Assembly: GCF_006345805.1 (NCBI RefSeq)
Contig: NC_043003.1
Coordinates: 92,876,001 to 92,940,000, forward strand
Length of the DNA: 64,000 nucleotides
Source of the DNA: Octopus sinensis
Taxonomy: Eukaryota
Direction of reading: 5' to 3'
Made by a program: the position numbers and the translations under genes. Position 1 is the stretch's first letter, and each line of letters begins with the position of its first letter. Positions 25,344 to 38,975 of the stretch are shown here, one piece after another. Below the pieces are notes generated by a model that saw nothing but the letters and a program-made list of their open reading frames with translations, ran no database searches and was not told where the DNA came from.

Positions 25344-27187
25344 GCACATACACACACACGCACACACACACTCACATACACACACTTATTTGTGTGTATC
25401 TATATACCTGTATGCATACAAATACATACATACATACATACATACATACATACATACATACATACTTGTGAATGTACAACAAAAATCCAGGAAAAAGAGA
25501 ACATATATGGTAAATTAATATATGAAACTCACAGCTCTTGTACCCAGACTATAAATTCTCAGTTGTACGTATTATCAACACTGTATAAGGCTATGAACCC
25601 AGCAATTTACGTAAAAACCTAGAAATTCTTGGTTTTTCGAAGAAAGAACAAAAGAAACTGACGCGAATTCTCCAAATCCAATCTATTAGAGCTATAATGA
25701 AGATTTTTAAGACGTTCTAAAGATTCTCCATCTAAGATTCCTAAGATGAATAGATGCACTTACTTGGGTGTGTGTATTGATGGCTCAACCAATACACCAA
25801 CTCAACCACGTATTTACAAAAATTCTTAACTCAAAAAGTCTTATATTTTTGTTAGTGACCGTCTTGGACGCTCTTAAGAACTTCAAGAAAACTCAAAGTA
25901 AAAACAAACAAGCATACATATGCACACAATGTCGTACCTAGAGTTTATGCTACCAAGGGCATCTTTGATGTGGATCCTCCTCTCCCCCTCCCCCACGTGC
26001 ACTCAAAGGAATTATAATACGCATTAAATATTCTTAAGACAAAATGTGAAAATGGTGTATGGAAAAATAAATTCGAGGACAATTAGGACATTATGTTTAC
26101 CTCCGCAAAATTAAAAAAAAAACACTACAAAATTTTACAAAAGTATTGTTTTCTGTCCACAAAATCTCCGATGACACAATTTCAGTCTCGTACGTCTCCC
26201 TCAGTTGTCATTCTTCAGACAGAATAGCATGAATTTTTAACTGAAGAGTGCTGCTAATAAATGTTTGATAATTCTTTATAAGCGTTGGCACAGAAAAGAC
26301 CTCCACCCTCATCCCCACTGCTAGTAGAATGCTGGTTTAAATCTTTATTTAAATAGCTACAGATAAAGCACCCATTGATCATATGAGAACAATTGTGGAG
26401 AAAATCTGCTGAAGTTTTACAATATTTGAAATCGATTCTCATGATTATACTTTCGAATAAACTGTCGAAGTTCAGTTCAAAGAAGCCTTTCTTCTATGTC
26501 TCTGTTTTGTCTTGAATAGCAGTAACGAGCAATAAACACCACTGAAGTCTTTCCCACTCAACGAGAAGCGTTGTTTTATCAACATAAATAATATATAAAC
26601 ATATGCAAGTATACATACATATATGTACATACCTACATCTATATGTATATAGACATGCATATATGGGTACAGGACACCAAAAAAACGTTGATCACAATGA
26701 GAAACGAAAACATAAAAACAAAAACATGGAAACGAACATTTTTTCAAACAACGTAAAACAGAGTACAAGACATACAACACAAAGAATATTCCCCTTCTTC
26801 AGTTGTCCCTGTTTCGTCTACTCTGCGTTCGAAGGTAAGGACAAGATGCGACTCCGTTGAAACAGTCCTTCCCGCAAAGCAAATTAAATAAAATTTGGGA
26901 TTTTTTGCGGAGGGGTAAAAGTGGTAACAAGAACAGGACAGTAAAAATAAAACAAGACAGTAAAAACAATACAAATAAAAACAGTCTGGTGGAATTCTTT
27001 TATCGCATTGATGTTGCCCGTGTTGCAGGTGGTGGCCACATTGAACACTAATAAGACAGAACATATAAAAGTTGATTGTGAGTAAATACTTCTGACTTAG
27101 CTGGAGTTTTCTATTGCTTTTCCTAATTAAAATATTGCATAATGAAATCAGTTCATTTTTTTTAATAACCCTGCATGTGTGAGTAAT

Positions 27188-27239
<52 letters not shown>

Positions 27240-27512
27240 GACTTTCCCCAGATACAATTATATATATATATATATATATAATTGTGTCTGGGGAAAGTCA
27301 TTCTGTTTTAATGCCTTATTAATTTACACACTCACTGGTTCGATTTCCACTCTTTTATTTATTTATTTCTGAAATTTTTTTTACTTCTTACAGTATGTAT
27401 ATGTGTGTATGTATGTATGTATGTATGTACGCGTGTGTGTGTGCATGTGTATGTGTGTGTGTGTATGTGTGTGTGTGTGTGTATGTCTGTGAACACATGG
27501 TGCAAGGCCAAC

Positions 27513-28035
27513 AAATATCAAGGGGTGATGTTTATAGAGGTCACAGCCCATAGAGAACTAGCCCGAAGATTTAGGAAAGCTCTGAAGGAGTCCAAACTCA
27601 ACACTAACATTGTTGAAAAGCCAGAGGGCTCCATCAGTTCACAATTATGTAGAATGTATCCCTTTGAGAATACCATATGCACCAATGAGAACTGCATGGT
27701 ATGTATGATTAACCCTGGCATTAACTGTTGAACTAGAAATGTAGTCTACAGCATAAGGTGCGTAGAGGCTGCTTGTAAAGACAAGAACATGAAATACATT
27801 GGTAAGACACCTAGAAGCATTGTGACGAGACTAAATGAAAAATTTGAGACAATATGATGACAAAAACAGTCCTCCATACTCTACCAAAATGCTAAAGGCC
27901 AGCATGGAGGCACACTGGGTCGACTTGACATCCGCATTTTATTCAAGCACCCGAAGGACCCAACACTCAGACCAATACAGGCGTACGTCCTCATAAATGA
28001 AACATCCCCCGTACGAAATAGGAGATATACGTAGA
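27513..28035 (+). mobile_element. Penelope-like element remnant, Cys-rich linker plus GIY-YIG endonuclease
   Basis: Reads ...PFENTICTNENCMVC...INC*TRNVVYSIRC...KYIGKTPRSIVTRLNE..., with stops and frameshifts. Confidence 0.85.
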
Positions 28036-28131
28036 AGGTAGTGATACCCCAATACTTACAGTTTATACATACACAGGTAGATTTGCTAGTTGGCCGTTAT
28101 GCAGACGTGTATATATATATATATATATACA

Positions 28132-28163
<32 letters not shown>

Positions 28164-28177
28164 TATATATATACATT

Positions 28178-28230
<53 letters not shown>

Positions 28231-28292
28231 ACATATATATATATGTATGTATATATGTAGCACTTCGTACTCGTCTGACTCTTTCTCTAAAG

Positions 28293-28791
28293 CAGGCGGG
28301 GGTCACCCAAAGTACGGCCCGCGAGGTCAGTTCATCCGGTCCACCGCCGCACAGTGCATTTTATTAAGTACCTGCAATGAGAGTTCATTCACCTCTGGTA
28401 TGGCATCAGTTCTTAGAACAACTTATGTCTGTGAGCAAACATTTTCAAAAATGAAGCACGTGAAGTCCGCACATCGAACGAGGTTAACTGATGAGGTTGA
28501 ATTTCAAAGCAAATATTGATTATATCTTAAAAGTTAAACACCAGTTTTAGAAATCTCACTAACTCTTTTTGGCTCCTTAGTTTGTGAGATTCAGATTTGT
28601 GCGCACTGGCTGAGATATCACTATCTTATTGCTAACATCACCTTCTTTCATAACTTGTTGGTAAATAAATATACTGGTCGTCTTTATTTTTTGTGTATTC
28701 ACTGTATTGTATTCAACAAAATGGTTATGCAGCCCCCGTTCGTCATTCTCTCAGTTATCTGGCTCGCCATGGAAAAGTTTGGTGACCCCTA
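28293..28791 (+). mobile_element. Internally deleted hAT (Charlie/SPIN-like) element
   Basis: TSD CTCTAAAG, TIR ...GGGGTCACC; encodes TTYVCEQTFSKMKHVKSAHRTRLTDE (hAT C-terminal dimerisation motif). Confidence 0.88.
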
Positions 28792-29579
28792 CTCTAAAGG
28801 ATAAGTATACTGGATCTAACAACTGGTTATTAGTTTCGCAAAGCCTAAGCGAAATCGCAATATACATATTAATAGTTGTCACATTTTTTCGTCACTCGAA
28901 ACTGCGATCTGGCCACTGACAAATTTGTACCGCGTCTCAAATTTGTCAGTGATTGAGTCGCAAGTTCAAGCGATGAAAATTTTGACGCCATATTAGAGAC
29001 GATTAGTAGTAGTGTTATACATTATTTGTGAGTACAAAGGTAGATCTATTATGTCTAAATTTGCGCACCCAGTCGTTATGCGGCAACAGTGCGTGGCTTT
29101 TTTGACAAAGAATTGCTCCATAGGTCGAGAACGAGAGCTAGTTGAACGGCCACTACGATCATCAGACATATTTTAGAGTGTTATAACAATGTATTTCCGA
29201 GAAAATCATGCTCTCAAGCCAACATTCAACTGAAAAGAGAAGCGTGTCAAGAAGCAATAATAATAAAGAAATGTATGTCAAATATTTTTGAGAATAGAAA
29301 CTAGATGAAAGAGATATATAAATAATAATCAGCGGAAATCTGCGATTTGAAAGTTTCCACTTAAACGGAATTTGACGATACAAACGCTTTTATATTCTTT
29401 ATTTGATTGTCTTAACCTATGGAATCGCCACTGTTTCTTAATTATAGGTGTGGCTGTGTGCGTTTGTTACTTCGCCACCGCTTGACAACCGGTGTTGGCG
29501 TGTTTACATTCCTGTAACTTAACGGTTCGGCAAAAAAGACCGTTAGAATGAGTACCAGACTTATATATATATATATATA

Positions 29580-30101
29580 CTAGCAGTATCGCCCGGCGTT
29601 GCTCGGGTTTGTAAGGGAAATAACTATATAAGCATTTTTAGTGAGTTATAGCAAAAAATAGCAAAAAAATGCATTAAAAATGGAATAAAAAATGATGGTA
29701 ATTTTGTTGTCTTCAAGCCATGAAGTCGTTGTTCTAAAAGAACGCTGGTCTCCTTGACAATGCTTTACGACGTTGATTTCCTTACACTCCCTTCCCCACA
29801 GCTTCACGAGGGAGGGAAGAAGGGGGAGAAGCAACACAGGTGCAGGTGTGACCATGGACGCCAACTCCGCCGCCATCGACACACGAAAAAATATGTGTTA
29901 AAATGGAAAAAAATGATGTTAAATTATTTTTAAAATCGTAGACTCATCGTAGACGCGCGCTAATAGCCAGACGGGCTCGATATGAATCACGACTATAAGA
30001 TACCCGAATTTGGTTAAACTGCACCGCAAAATGTGGGAGGAGTTAGGAATCTAAATCGTAGGAGACAGAAACTCACACAACTACAGTTTTATATATATAG
30101 A
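29580..30101 (-). mobile_element. Non-autonomous Helitron
   Basis: Minus strand begins TC and ends CCCGAGCAACGCCGGG hairpin + 11 nt ending CTAG; inserted between A and T. Confidence 0.8.
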
Positions 30102-30304
30102 TAATCAGCAGAAATCTGCGCTTTGAAAGTTTCCACTTAAACGAAATTTGATTGTCTTAATCTATGTAATCGCCACTGTTTCTTAATTATAGGTGTGGCT
30201 GTGTGCGTTTGTTACTCCGCCACCGCTTGACAACCGGTGTTGGCATGTTTACATTCCTGTAACTTAACGGTTCGGCAAAAAAGACCGTTAGAATGAGTAC
30301 CAGA

Positions 30305-30386
<82 letters not shown>

Positions 30387-31076
30387 TAAATACTGGCGTC
30401 GATTTATGCGGCTAAAAATTCTTCAAGGCGGTGTTCCAGCATGGACGCAGTGTAATGGTTGGAATAAAAGACGAAAGTTGATAAATCTTTTGTTCATAAT
30501 AACTTGCTAATTATTTCATGAGTTATGTTCCGTAAATAAACAAATAAAAAGAACTCTTTCAGAATATTTTTCAGGAGCATAAGCGACATTATGCCTTCCT
30601 ATACAGCATCTGGATCTTGTTAAATTTTCTTAAACCACTAAAGTGTTTATAATTTTCGCCAGATTATTCTCAATATTTCGACACTTTAACGTCTTTATAA
30701 TTAATTTTTTGAAAAATGGATGCAATTTTCCTTATCAGCATGCAGAATTATTATTATTTTTTAAAAAAATTACCTGATGAAAATTTTAATTACTTCAAAT
30801 GGTAGGAAGAAATTTAAGATTCCCGCATCTTTTTAATTTACATTTTTTCTTTTACGTAGATTTGATCTTAGATTCATCGAATCATCATTCTGCGCATAGA
30901 AAACGGGTCATGTATCCTTCTACGCATACATACGAACATGCATACATCCTTTTATACATACATATGCGTAAATATCCCTCTACACATGCATATTATTCTT
31001 TCTTTATAAAATATACAAATATATATATATATATATATAGGTAGATAGATACATATACATAATACATACATACACG

Positions 31077-31127
<51 letters not shown>

Positions 31128-31131
31128 GTGT

Positions 31132-31390
31132 GGAGGCGCGTGTCTCAGTGGTTAGGGTATCAGCACCATGATCATAAGATTGTAGTTTCGATTCCTGGAC
31201 CGGGCGACGCGTTGTGTTCTTGAGCAAAACACTTCATTTCACGTTGCTCCAGTCCACTCAGCTGGCAAAAATGAGTAACGCTGCGATGGACTGGCGTCCC
31301 GTCCAGCTGAGGAACACATACGCCATAGAAACCGGGAAACCGGGCCCATGAGCCTAGCTTTTACGGTATACAAAGAAAAGGAAAGGGCGC
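31132..31390 (+). mobile_element. tRNA-derived SINE with a different body but tail 2
   Basis: A and B boxes, CORE-like TTGAGCAAAACACTTCAT, then the GAGTAACGCTGCGATGGACTGGCGTCCCGTCC tail shared with 19656. Confidence 0.8.
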
Positions 31391-31463
<73 letters not shown>

Positions 31464-32061
31464 TACTCTTTTACTCTTTTACTTGTTTCAGTCATTTGAC
31501 TGCGGCCATGCTGGAGCACCGCCTTTAATCGAGCAACTCGACCCCGGACTTATTCTTTTTTTTGTAAGCCCAGTACTTATTCTATCGGTCTCTTTTGCCG
31601 AACCACTAAGTAACGAGGACATAAACACGCCAGCATCGGTTGTCAAGCAATGCTAGGGGGACAAACACAGATACACAAACACACACACGCATATATATAT
31701 ATATATACATATATACGACGGGCTTCTTTCAGTTTCCGTCTACCAAATCTACATATATATATATTATATATATATACTCTTTTACTCTTTTACTTGTTTC
31801 AGTCATTTGACTGCGGCCATGCTGGAGCACCGCCTTAATCGAGCAACTCGACCCCGGACTTATTCTTTTTTTTGTAAGCCCAGTACTTATTCTATCGGTC
31901 TCTTTTGCCGAACCACTAAGTAACGAGGACATAAACACGCCAGCATCGGTTGTCAAGCAATGCTAGGGGGACAAACACAGATACACAAACACACACACGC
32001 ATATATATATATATATATACATATATACGACGGGCTTCTTTCAGTTTCCGTCTACCAAATC

Positions 32062-32064
<3 letters not shown>
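31464..32064 (-). mobile_element. Two near-identical tandem partial group A SINEs
   Basis: 31464-31752 and 31776-32064 share breakpoints and private variants. Confidence 0.85.
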
Positions 32065-32105
<41 letters not shown>

Positions 32106-34269
32106 TATATATACATATACATACATACAAACATGTATGTATGCATACGCACACGCATAATACATGCGTACATACATTGTACATGCAAACGCATTCTGAC
32201 ATGCAACAGGCTGTTGTAATGGTTGACTCAAAGACAAAAGAAACATTACCTTTTTCAAGCTGTCCAATGTTAAGAATGACCGAACGGCTGATTGTATGCT
32301 GTCAGAAAATGGCTCTTCCAAGTGTACACGTAAAAATACCAGAAGCAACTACTTTCGCATATGAACATTCTGCATTTACATTGGTTCTCAAATTACACAA
32401 ATTAGCACACACGCGCACACACATCATCATCATCCCTATTACCACCACCACCACCACCACCACCATCGCGCACAAACACGCTCATACACATACACGCACA
32501 CACACAGACGCACAAACACACGCTCACACACACATATATATGCATAGAGAAACTTTGTTTCTTTGTCCTCTTCTTTTATAAAATGATTAAACAGCCAAGT
32601 TCTACGCATGTTTTAATTCGTCACTCCTGCTTCGGTAAAGTAAATATATGCACAGGTGATGTTGAGGTAAAGAACTGGATCGCCTTGGTTTGGTCAAACT
32701 CTTACCTGACAATTTGTAAACAGCATCATACTTTAGGAAGTCTATATATAACAGGAATGTTTCAGAGAATATTTATCATCAACTAGTGGTAATTCTACGC
32801 ATAGTTTTATCCTCGCTTTTCTTTTCTTTTCTAGGCACAAGGGCCGAAATTTGTGGGGAAGGAGCCAGACGATTAGATCGACCCCAGTACGCAACTGGTA
32901 CTTAAATTTATTGACCCTGAAAGGATGAAGGGCAAAGTCGACCTCGGCGGAATTTGAACTCGGAACGTAAAGACAGACGAAATACCTATTTCTTTACTAC
33001 CCACAAGGGGCTAAACACAGAGAGGACAAACAAGGACAAACAAACGGATTAAGTCGATTATATCGACCCCACTGCGTAACTGGTACTTATTTAATCGACC
33101 CCGAGGCCGACTTTGTCTTTCATCCTTTCATCCTTTCAGGGTCGATAAAATAAATACCTGCTGATCACCTCATTATACTACAGCAGACTATGAACAGCGT
33201 ATGATGATTCGTTGTTTCAATTGTGTGGTTATGAAGGCCACTTGGCGACTACATGTTTTCGGGCTCTATTCTGCTGTGCAGCACCTTGGGTCAGCCTCTT
33301 CTACCCAATTATCGAGTTAACCGAAGTCAAGTGAGTAAAATTTGGTAGACGGCTTATGAACGATTTCGGGATGGCAGATCAATCCATTCCTTGCTTTCAC
33401 AATACTAACTGGTCATTGGTTACTTTTAGCAGTATACACTCTGTAGCAAGCATTGAGGCCAAATCTTCGGTCTGAAGATAACTCTCTCTCCCTTCATACC
33501 AGTAGTTACGGAGACGCATGACTTAAACTCTGAACGGAGAAAAATCCGAATATTTTATCACAGATGCAAAACAAAGCCAGTAAAAGAATATGAACTGTCG
33601 ATCTTGTGACTGTTTATCCAGTGTTAGAGCGATTTGGCCAACAAAATAAGTAACAGTTGAGCACTCGTGTCGATATAATCAACTTACCCTTACCCCGAAA
33701 TTGTTGGGTTTGTGTCAAAATTTGAAACCAATATTTCTCATTTCCAAGGTGGCGCGCTGGCAGAGTCGTTAGCGCGCCGGGTAAAATGCTTAGCGATGTT
33801 TCATCTGTTTTCCAGTTCTAAGTTCAAATTCCGGCGAGGTCGACTTTGCCTTTCATCCTTTGCTGTGCCGCAAGGACTATCTTGGAGAACGACATCCCCC
33901 GCGATCCACTGGTGTGTTGCAAAGTCTATTTCGGTGTATGACAGCCCTCACTGTGCACTGGTCACGTTATTTCGACCCACCTTGTTCTCGTCAATGCTGG
34001 GTGCTCAACCGTAAGAGATAGCAACGATGCATCTCCCCGCTATATAGAAGAAGTGTTAAAACAGGCGCTGGTATAGCAATTAGCCAAGTGAGCTTGTTAA
34101 AAACTATTTATTAGCGACAGAGATAGTATTAATACTGCTAGCGATATAAACAAGAGTTGATATCACCACATTTAAGTGGGGATAAATATTATATCCCGAT
34201 ATTAGTAATGCCCTAGTGATAATGAATATATTTTATCATACTCGAGTATGCAAGCAACTATCACACACA

Positions 34270-34304
<35 letters not shown>

Positions 34305-35092
34305 CACACACACACATACACACACACACATACACACACACATTGTGTGTTTTATGGCTGCCAAACCGTTGATCACTCTATTACCGGACATATATTCAAC
34401 TTCATGTCAATATATACACGCGTGCGTACACACACACGCCCTCTCTCTCTCTCACTCTCTCTCGGACGAAGTTATCAAGTTCTAGTGTAGTCACCTGGGG
34501 CACCTGGTGCTTGGGTGACGCCATATCGTGTCGCAAATACTTAGAAGATATGAACGTGTAAAACTCTAACAAAGGCTTTATTTCTCATGTTTACCATATT
34601 TATTGTTAGTAAAATCCAAAATATGATATTTCTAAGGACACGGAAATTAAACTTCCCACCAGCGGCGCCAGAATACACACACACATCCACATGTATACCG
34701 GACTTTCAAAAACAAATTTGGCAAGGTGGGCAAGGTTGCTTTCATGCTTCCCTGTCAGGGGTGGGGGTGGGGCTAAATACTTTCTAAAAATTTGAACTGG
34801 CTGTACACTTCTCCTTTCTTCTTTTTTAATCTATTCATCAAGGTGGGCCGATAGTCTCAGGCCACATTTTGGCAGTCCAGCCACCCGGTATAAAGGTGGA
34901 AACCTGTCTTATTGGCTCGCATATTTATAAACATATACATATGGCGGTGCCCCAGCATGGCCACAGCTCGTGAGCTGAAACTAGATAAAATAAAAATATA
35001 CATCCATCCATTTATCCATATACATACATACATACGTACAAATATACGTACGTACGCACGCACGTACATACATACATACATACATACATACA

Positions 35093-35125
<33 letters not shown>

Positions 35126-35624
35126 GCATACATACATACATGGTGGATGCCCCCTCGTTATCGAGTATGGTCATTGCGCGAAGCTTAATCAATGTTGTTA
35201 TCGTGCAATGCCTGTGCAAGAAGATTTTTTTTAAAGTGAGGAAAGGCTGTGCACTGAGTCAATCCCACTCACTAAGCAACAGCAGCCATAATCCGAAAAG
35301 AAGAACAAGTCAACATCATCGGTAACCACTGAGCCGCAGGTTTTTTGTCGGAGTTATCCCAGTTACCTGAGTTACCTTTTCCTAGAAGGATGCCCTAACA
35401 AAGGCTAAGAGTCCTTCACTCCCAATGGTTTAACCGCGCGATCAGGTATTCAGTCCGATTATTTCTATGTCCCCGTGCATGATACAGCCTTAGGACATTT
35501 ATTGGAGGGCCGTTGACTCTCAAGAGTTCATCCGCCTTTTGACGGGTTTTGTTTTTGCATACATACATACATACATACATACATACATACATACATACAT
35601 ACATACATACATACATACATACAT

Positions 35625-36440
35625 TGAACTTGGGAACTTAGACTACAAGAATACCTATAGCAATAAATGAGACATAGATTAGTGAGGTAAAATCGAGAGA
35701 CAAAGTAACACTAGATTCTTGGGATATTGACCACCGCAATGACTCAAATCGCATAGATTTGATAATAACCGGTACAGGATTAATGTAAATAATAACCTAA
35801 TCCTCCAGTCTAGTAAAAGTGATCTTTGCAGGCTGAATAAAATCTCTAGTCTAAGTAGTAACCATAAATGAGTAGAGAAAAAATAATGGCTAATAATTGT
35901 ACCATCAAAGCGGAGCTGGATATAGACAATAACAACACGAACTATATCAGTAATATTAACAATTATGGTAATAACATAAATAAACGTACACCGTATAAGT
36001 CAAATACCAACTCTAAGTTGAATAATTATGGTCGATATGGTATCACCCCCCGACCCACAGTCTGTAAACTCTTGCTGCATAATCCCCAACGATGTTAATC
36101 ATAATGTGCGGGTTGATGAGCCTAATATAGCAAATGAGTATAACAACCCTAACAACATAAACACAACCTCTGATAGCAGCTATAGTACCCGTATAGACAT
36201 TAATAGCATCATATGCGATAATCTTATGGATGAATGTAATATCAACGCTGAAACTCTTAATAATAGTAATACAAAATATTTTAAAAGTATTATGTAATCC
36301 GCTAGCCTTTTTTTTCCCCACTAATCTTAGGGCCACCATTCTTTCTCTTCACATCCTACCTTAGCCTATATAGTAGAATTACCAACGTAATTATATAGCA
36401 TTAGATTTCTTGACCTCCCTGCCCCAAATGAACTTTTGTT
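35625..36440 (+). mobile_element. Probable decayed PLE remnant (Asn-rich)
   Basis: Asn-rich broken frames, ending in a weak match to the PLE FP..H....YS motif near 36315-36390. Confidence 0.3.
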
Positions 36441-36578
36441 TAGCAAGTTATACTTAAGAAGTAAGTCCTGGGATCGATTTGTTCGACTAAAACCCTTCTG
36501 GGCGGCGCTCCAGCATGGCCGCAGTTAAACGACTGAAACAAATGGAATTTATTGGGAGTTACATGTATAGATCAGAAT

Positions 36579-36710
36579 AGTTTGATTCAAATTCGTTGGT
36601 ACTCTTGAGTTTCAGGCCTGATGCTAGTCATCAGCCATTTTGAATTTGAAATGACTGACGACTAGCATCACACTTGAAACTCAAGAGTACCAACGAATAT
36701 GAATCAAACT
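36579..36710. repeat. Palindrome with ~60-bp arms, each carrying a hammerhead-like motif
   Basis: Minus TGG-CTGATGA...GAAA-CTC-AA-GAG-TA-CCA (36597-36637); plus CTGACGA at 36655, GAAA at 36676, CTCAAGAG-TA. Stem II is weak. Confidence 0.6.
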
Positions 36711-36714
36711 GTTT

Positions 36715-36769
<55 letters not shown>

Positions 36770-36796
36770 AAATTAATGTAAGACGTCAGAATTTTT

Positions 36797-36966
36797 CAGT
36801 TCTATATTTAAGAGATGAAGAATTATGTATATTATTTACATTTGGCGGATATTTGTCCTCATCTTGTTTGTTGTTAATACAACGTTTCGGCTGATGTCTT
36901 CATTAGGTGTCTTGGGGGAATTTCGAACTTGGGTTCCCATTCCTAAGGTATTTTTCGATATTGTTG

Positions 36967-37025
<59 letters not shown>

Positions 37026-38277
37026 GAGTGAGAGAGCAGTTCATGCCATCAAAGTGACACTGGGGTAAAATATACGAAGCCCAATATACCCATCATGACT
37101 ACCCGTCTGATAAAGGTACACCAGGCACATGCATCACAACCATATGTGCGCGACATGGTGATCTCATATCAAGATAAACAGCACATGACCTTGCAGGGGG
37201 GCCCAGTTAGAATTTTCTTCAGGTTGAGTAGCCCATCCCGCTCAAACGGTCCCTGAATAAGGGTTGTTTAAGGATGTTGAAAGAACCACCCATGTTTCCA
37301 GAGGTGAACTATTCAAACCCCAAAGAATCTCTCTCAACACATGGATATGATGCTCCCCCACTACTTCTGCTCGTGATCAGAGATGCACATATCGTCAGCC
37401 ACTAAGGGACATGCTCAACTGGTTAAGGTCAAACAACTGACAAGCAAATCTGTGGTATTGAGCAGAATATTCGCTGTAGCCCATCTTTTATACCAAGACA
37501 AAACAATGTACATGATAACACTTCCAATCAGTTAAGATCAGAATATTATTATTATATATTATTATTATTTATTATTATTATTATTATTTATTATTATTAT
37601 TATATATTATTATTATTATTATTATGTTGTTGTTGTCATTCAGGCCACTGATTAATAATTAATAATAATAATATAATAATAATAATAATATAATAATAAT
37701 AATAATAATAATAATATAATAATAAGTACTGATGCAGTACCAGGCAGTGGCTCTCATGGCTTCTGATCTAAATGATTGGAAGTGTTATCATGTACATTGT
37801 TTTGTCTTGGTATAAAAGATGGGCTACAGCAAATATTCTGCTCAATACCACAGATTTGCTTGTCAGTTGTTTGACCTTAACCAGTTGAGCATGTCCCTTA
37901 GTGGCTGACGATATGTGCATCTCTGATCACGAGCAGAAGTAGTGGGGGAGCATCATAGCCATGTGTTGAGAGGGATTCTTGGGGTTTGAATAATTCACCT
38001 CTGGAAACATGGGTGGTTCTTTCAACATCCTTAAACAACCCTTATTCAGGGACCTTTTGAGCGGGATGGGCTACTCAACCTGAAGAAAATTCTAACTGGG
38101 CCCCACCTGCAAGGTCATGTGCTGTTTATCTTGATATGAGATCACCATGTCGCGCACACATGGTTGTGATGTATGTGCCTGGTGTACCCTTATCAGACGG
38201 GTAGTCATGATGGGTATATTGGGCTTCGTATATTTTACCCCAGTGTCACTTTGATGGCATGCACTGCTCTCTCACTC

Positions 38278-38366
<89 letters not shown>

Positions 38367-38536
38367 CAACAACAATAACAATAATAGCATCGAAAAATAC
38401 CTTAGTAATGAGAACCCAAGTTCGAGATTTCCTCAAGACACCTGATGGAGGCTGGAGGGTATATCAGCCGAAACTTTGTGTTAACAAGAAACAAGATGAG
38501 GACAAATAACCATCAAATGTAAATAATGTAAATAAT
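36797..38536. mobile_element. Composite inverted-repeat insertion: hammerhead module + (ATT)n + 520-550-bp element, mirrored
   Basis: The arms are reverse complements. A 12-bp direct repeat GTCAGAATTTTT lies at 36785-36796 and 38537-38548. Confidence 0.7.
38437..38482 (+). ncRNA. Hammerhead-like motif, mutated copy
   Basis: GACAC-CTGATGG-A-GGCTG...CAGCC-GAAA-CTTT-GTGTT. A9 is G and stem III is altered relative to the 48143 copy. Confidence 0.5.
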
Positions 38537-38668
38537 GTCAGAATTTTTATCATATAAAATTTTCAATGTTTATTCAAAAACCTTTTATGTTTGCATTCTT
38601 TTATAATTTTGTGGCAGATGATCACTGATGCTGCTATATTTCAGGATGATAATTTTTTTGTTTTCTGC

Positions 38669-38975
38669 CAAATAAACACACGCACTATATATTAGTTCTT
38701 CATTCGTTTATTTCTGTTCTTACTTTATCTTATGTCCATTGTCTGGAAGTCTTTCGTTGCACATCTGTGACCTCTTCAGCGAACATTTCTATCTACGTGT
38801 ATCCTCCTTCATCATCGATTGGACTAAACGAAGCAGGAGGATACACGTGGGTGGAAAGAGTCGCTGAGGAGGTGACAGATGTGTGAGGAAAGATTTCCAG
38901 ACAAGGGACATAAGATAAAATAAGAACAGTAATAAACGAGTGAAGAACGAATATACAGTACGTGTGTTTATTTGC
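38669..38975. repeat. Inverted repeat (~140-bp arms) with two degenerate hammerhead-like motifs
   Basis: 38669-38810 pairs with 38834-38975. The consensus of the two arms is CTGA(A/G)GA-G-GTCAC-AGATGT-GTGAC-GAAAGA(C/T)TTC-CAGAC (38741-38783 minus, 38860-38902 plus). Confidence 0.6.

Noticed and set aside
32250-32369. Minus-strand 120-nt AG...GT segment as a coding exon
   Set aside because: Stops in all three frames; at most a non-coding exon.
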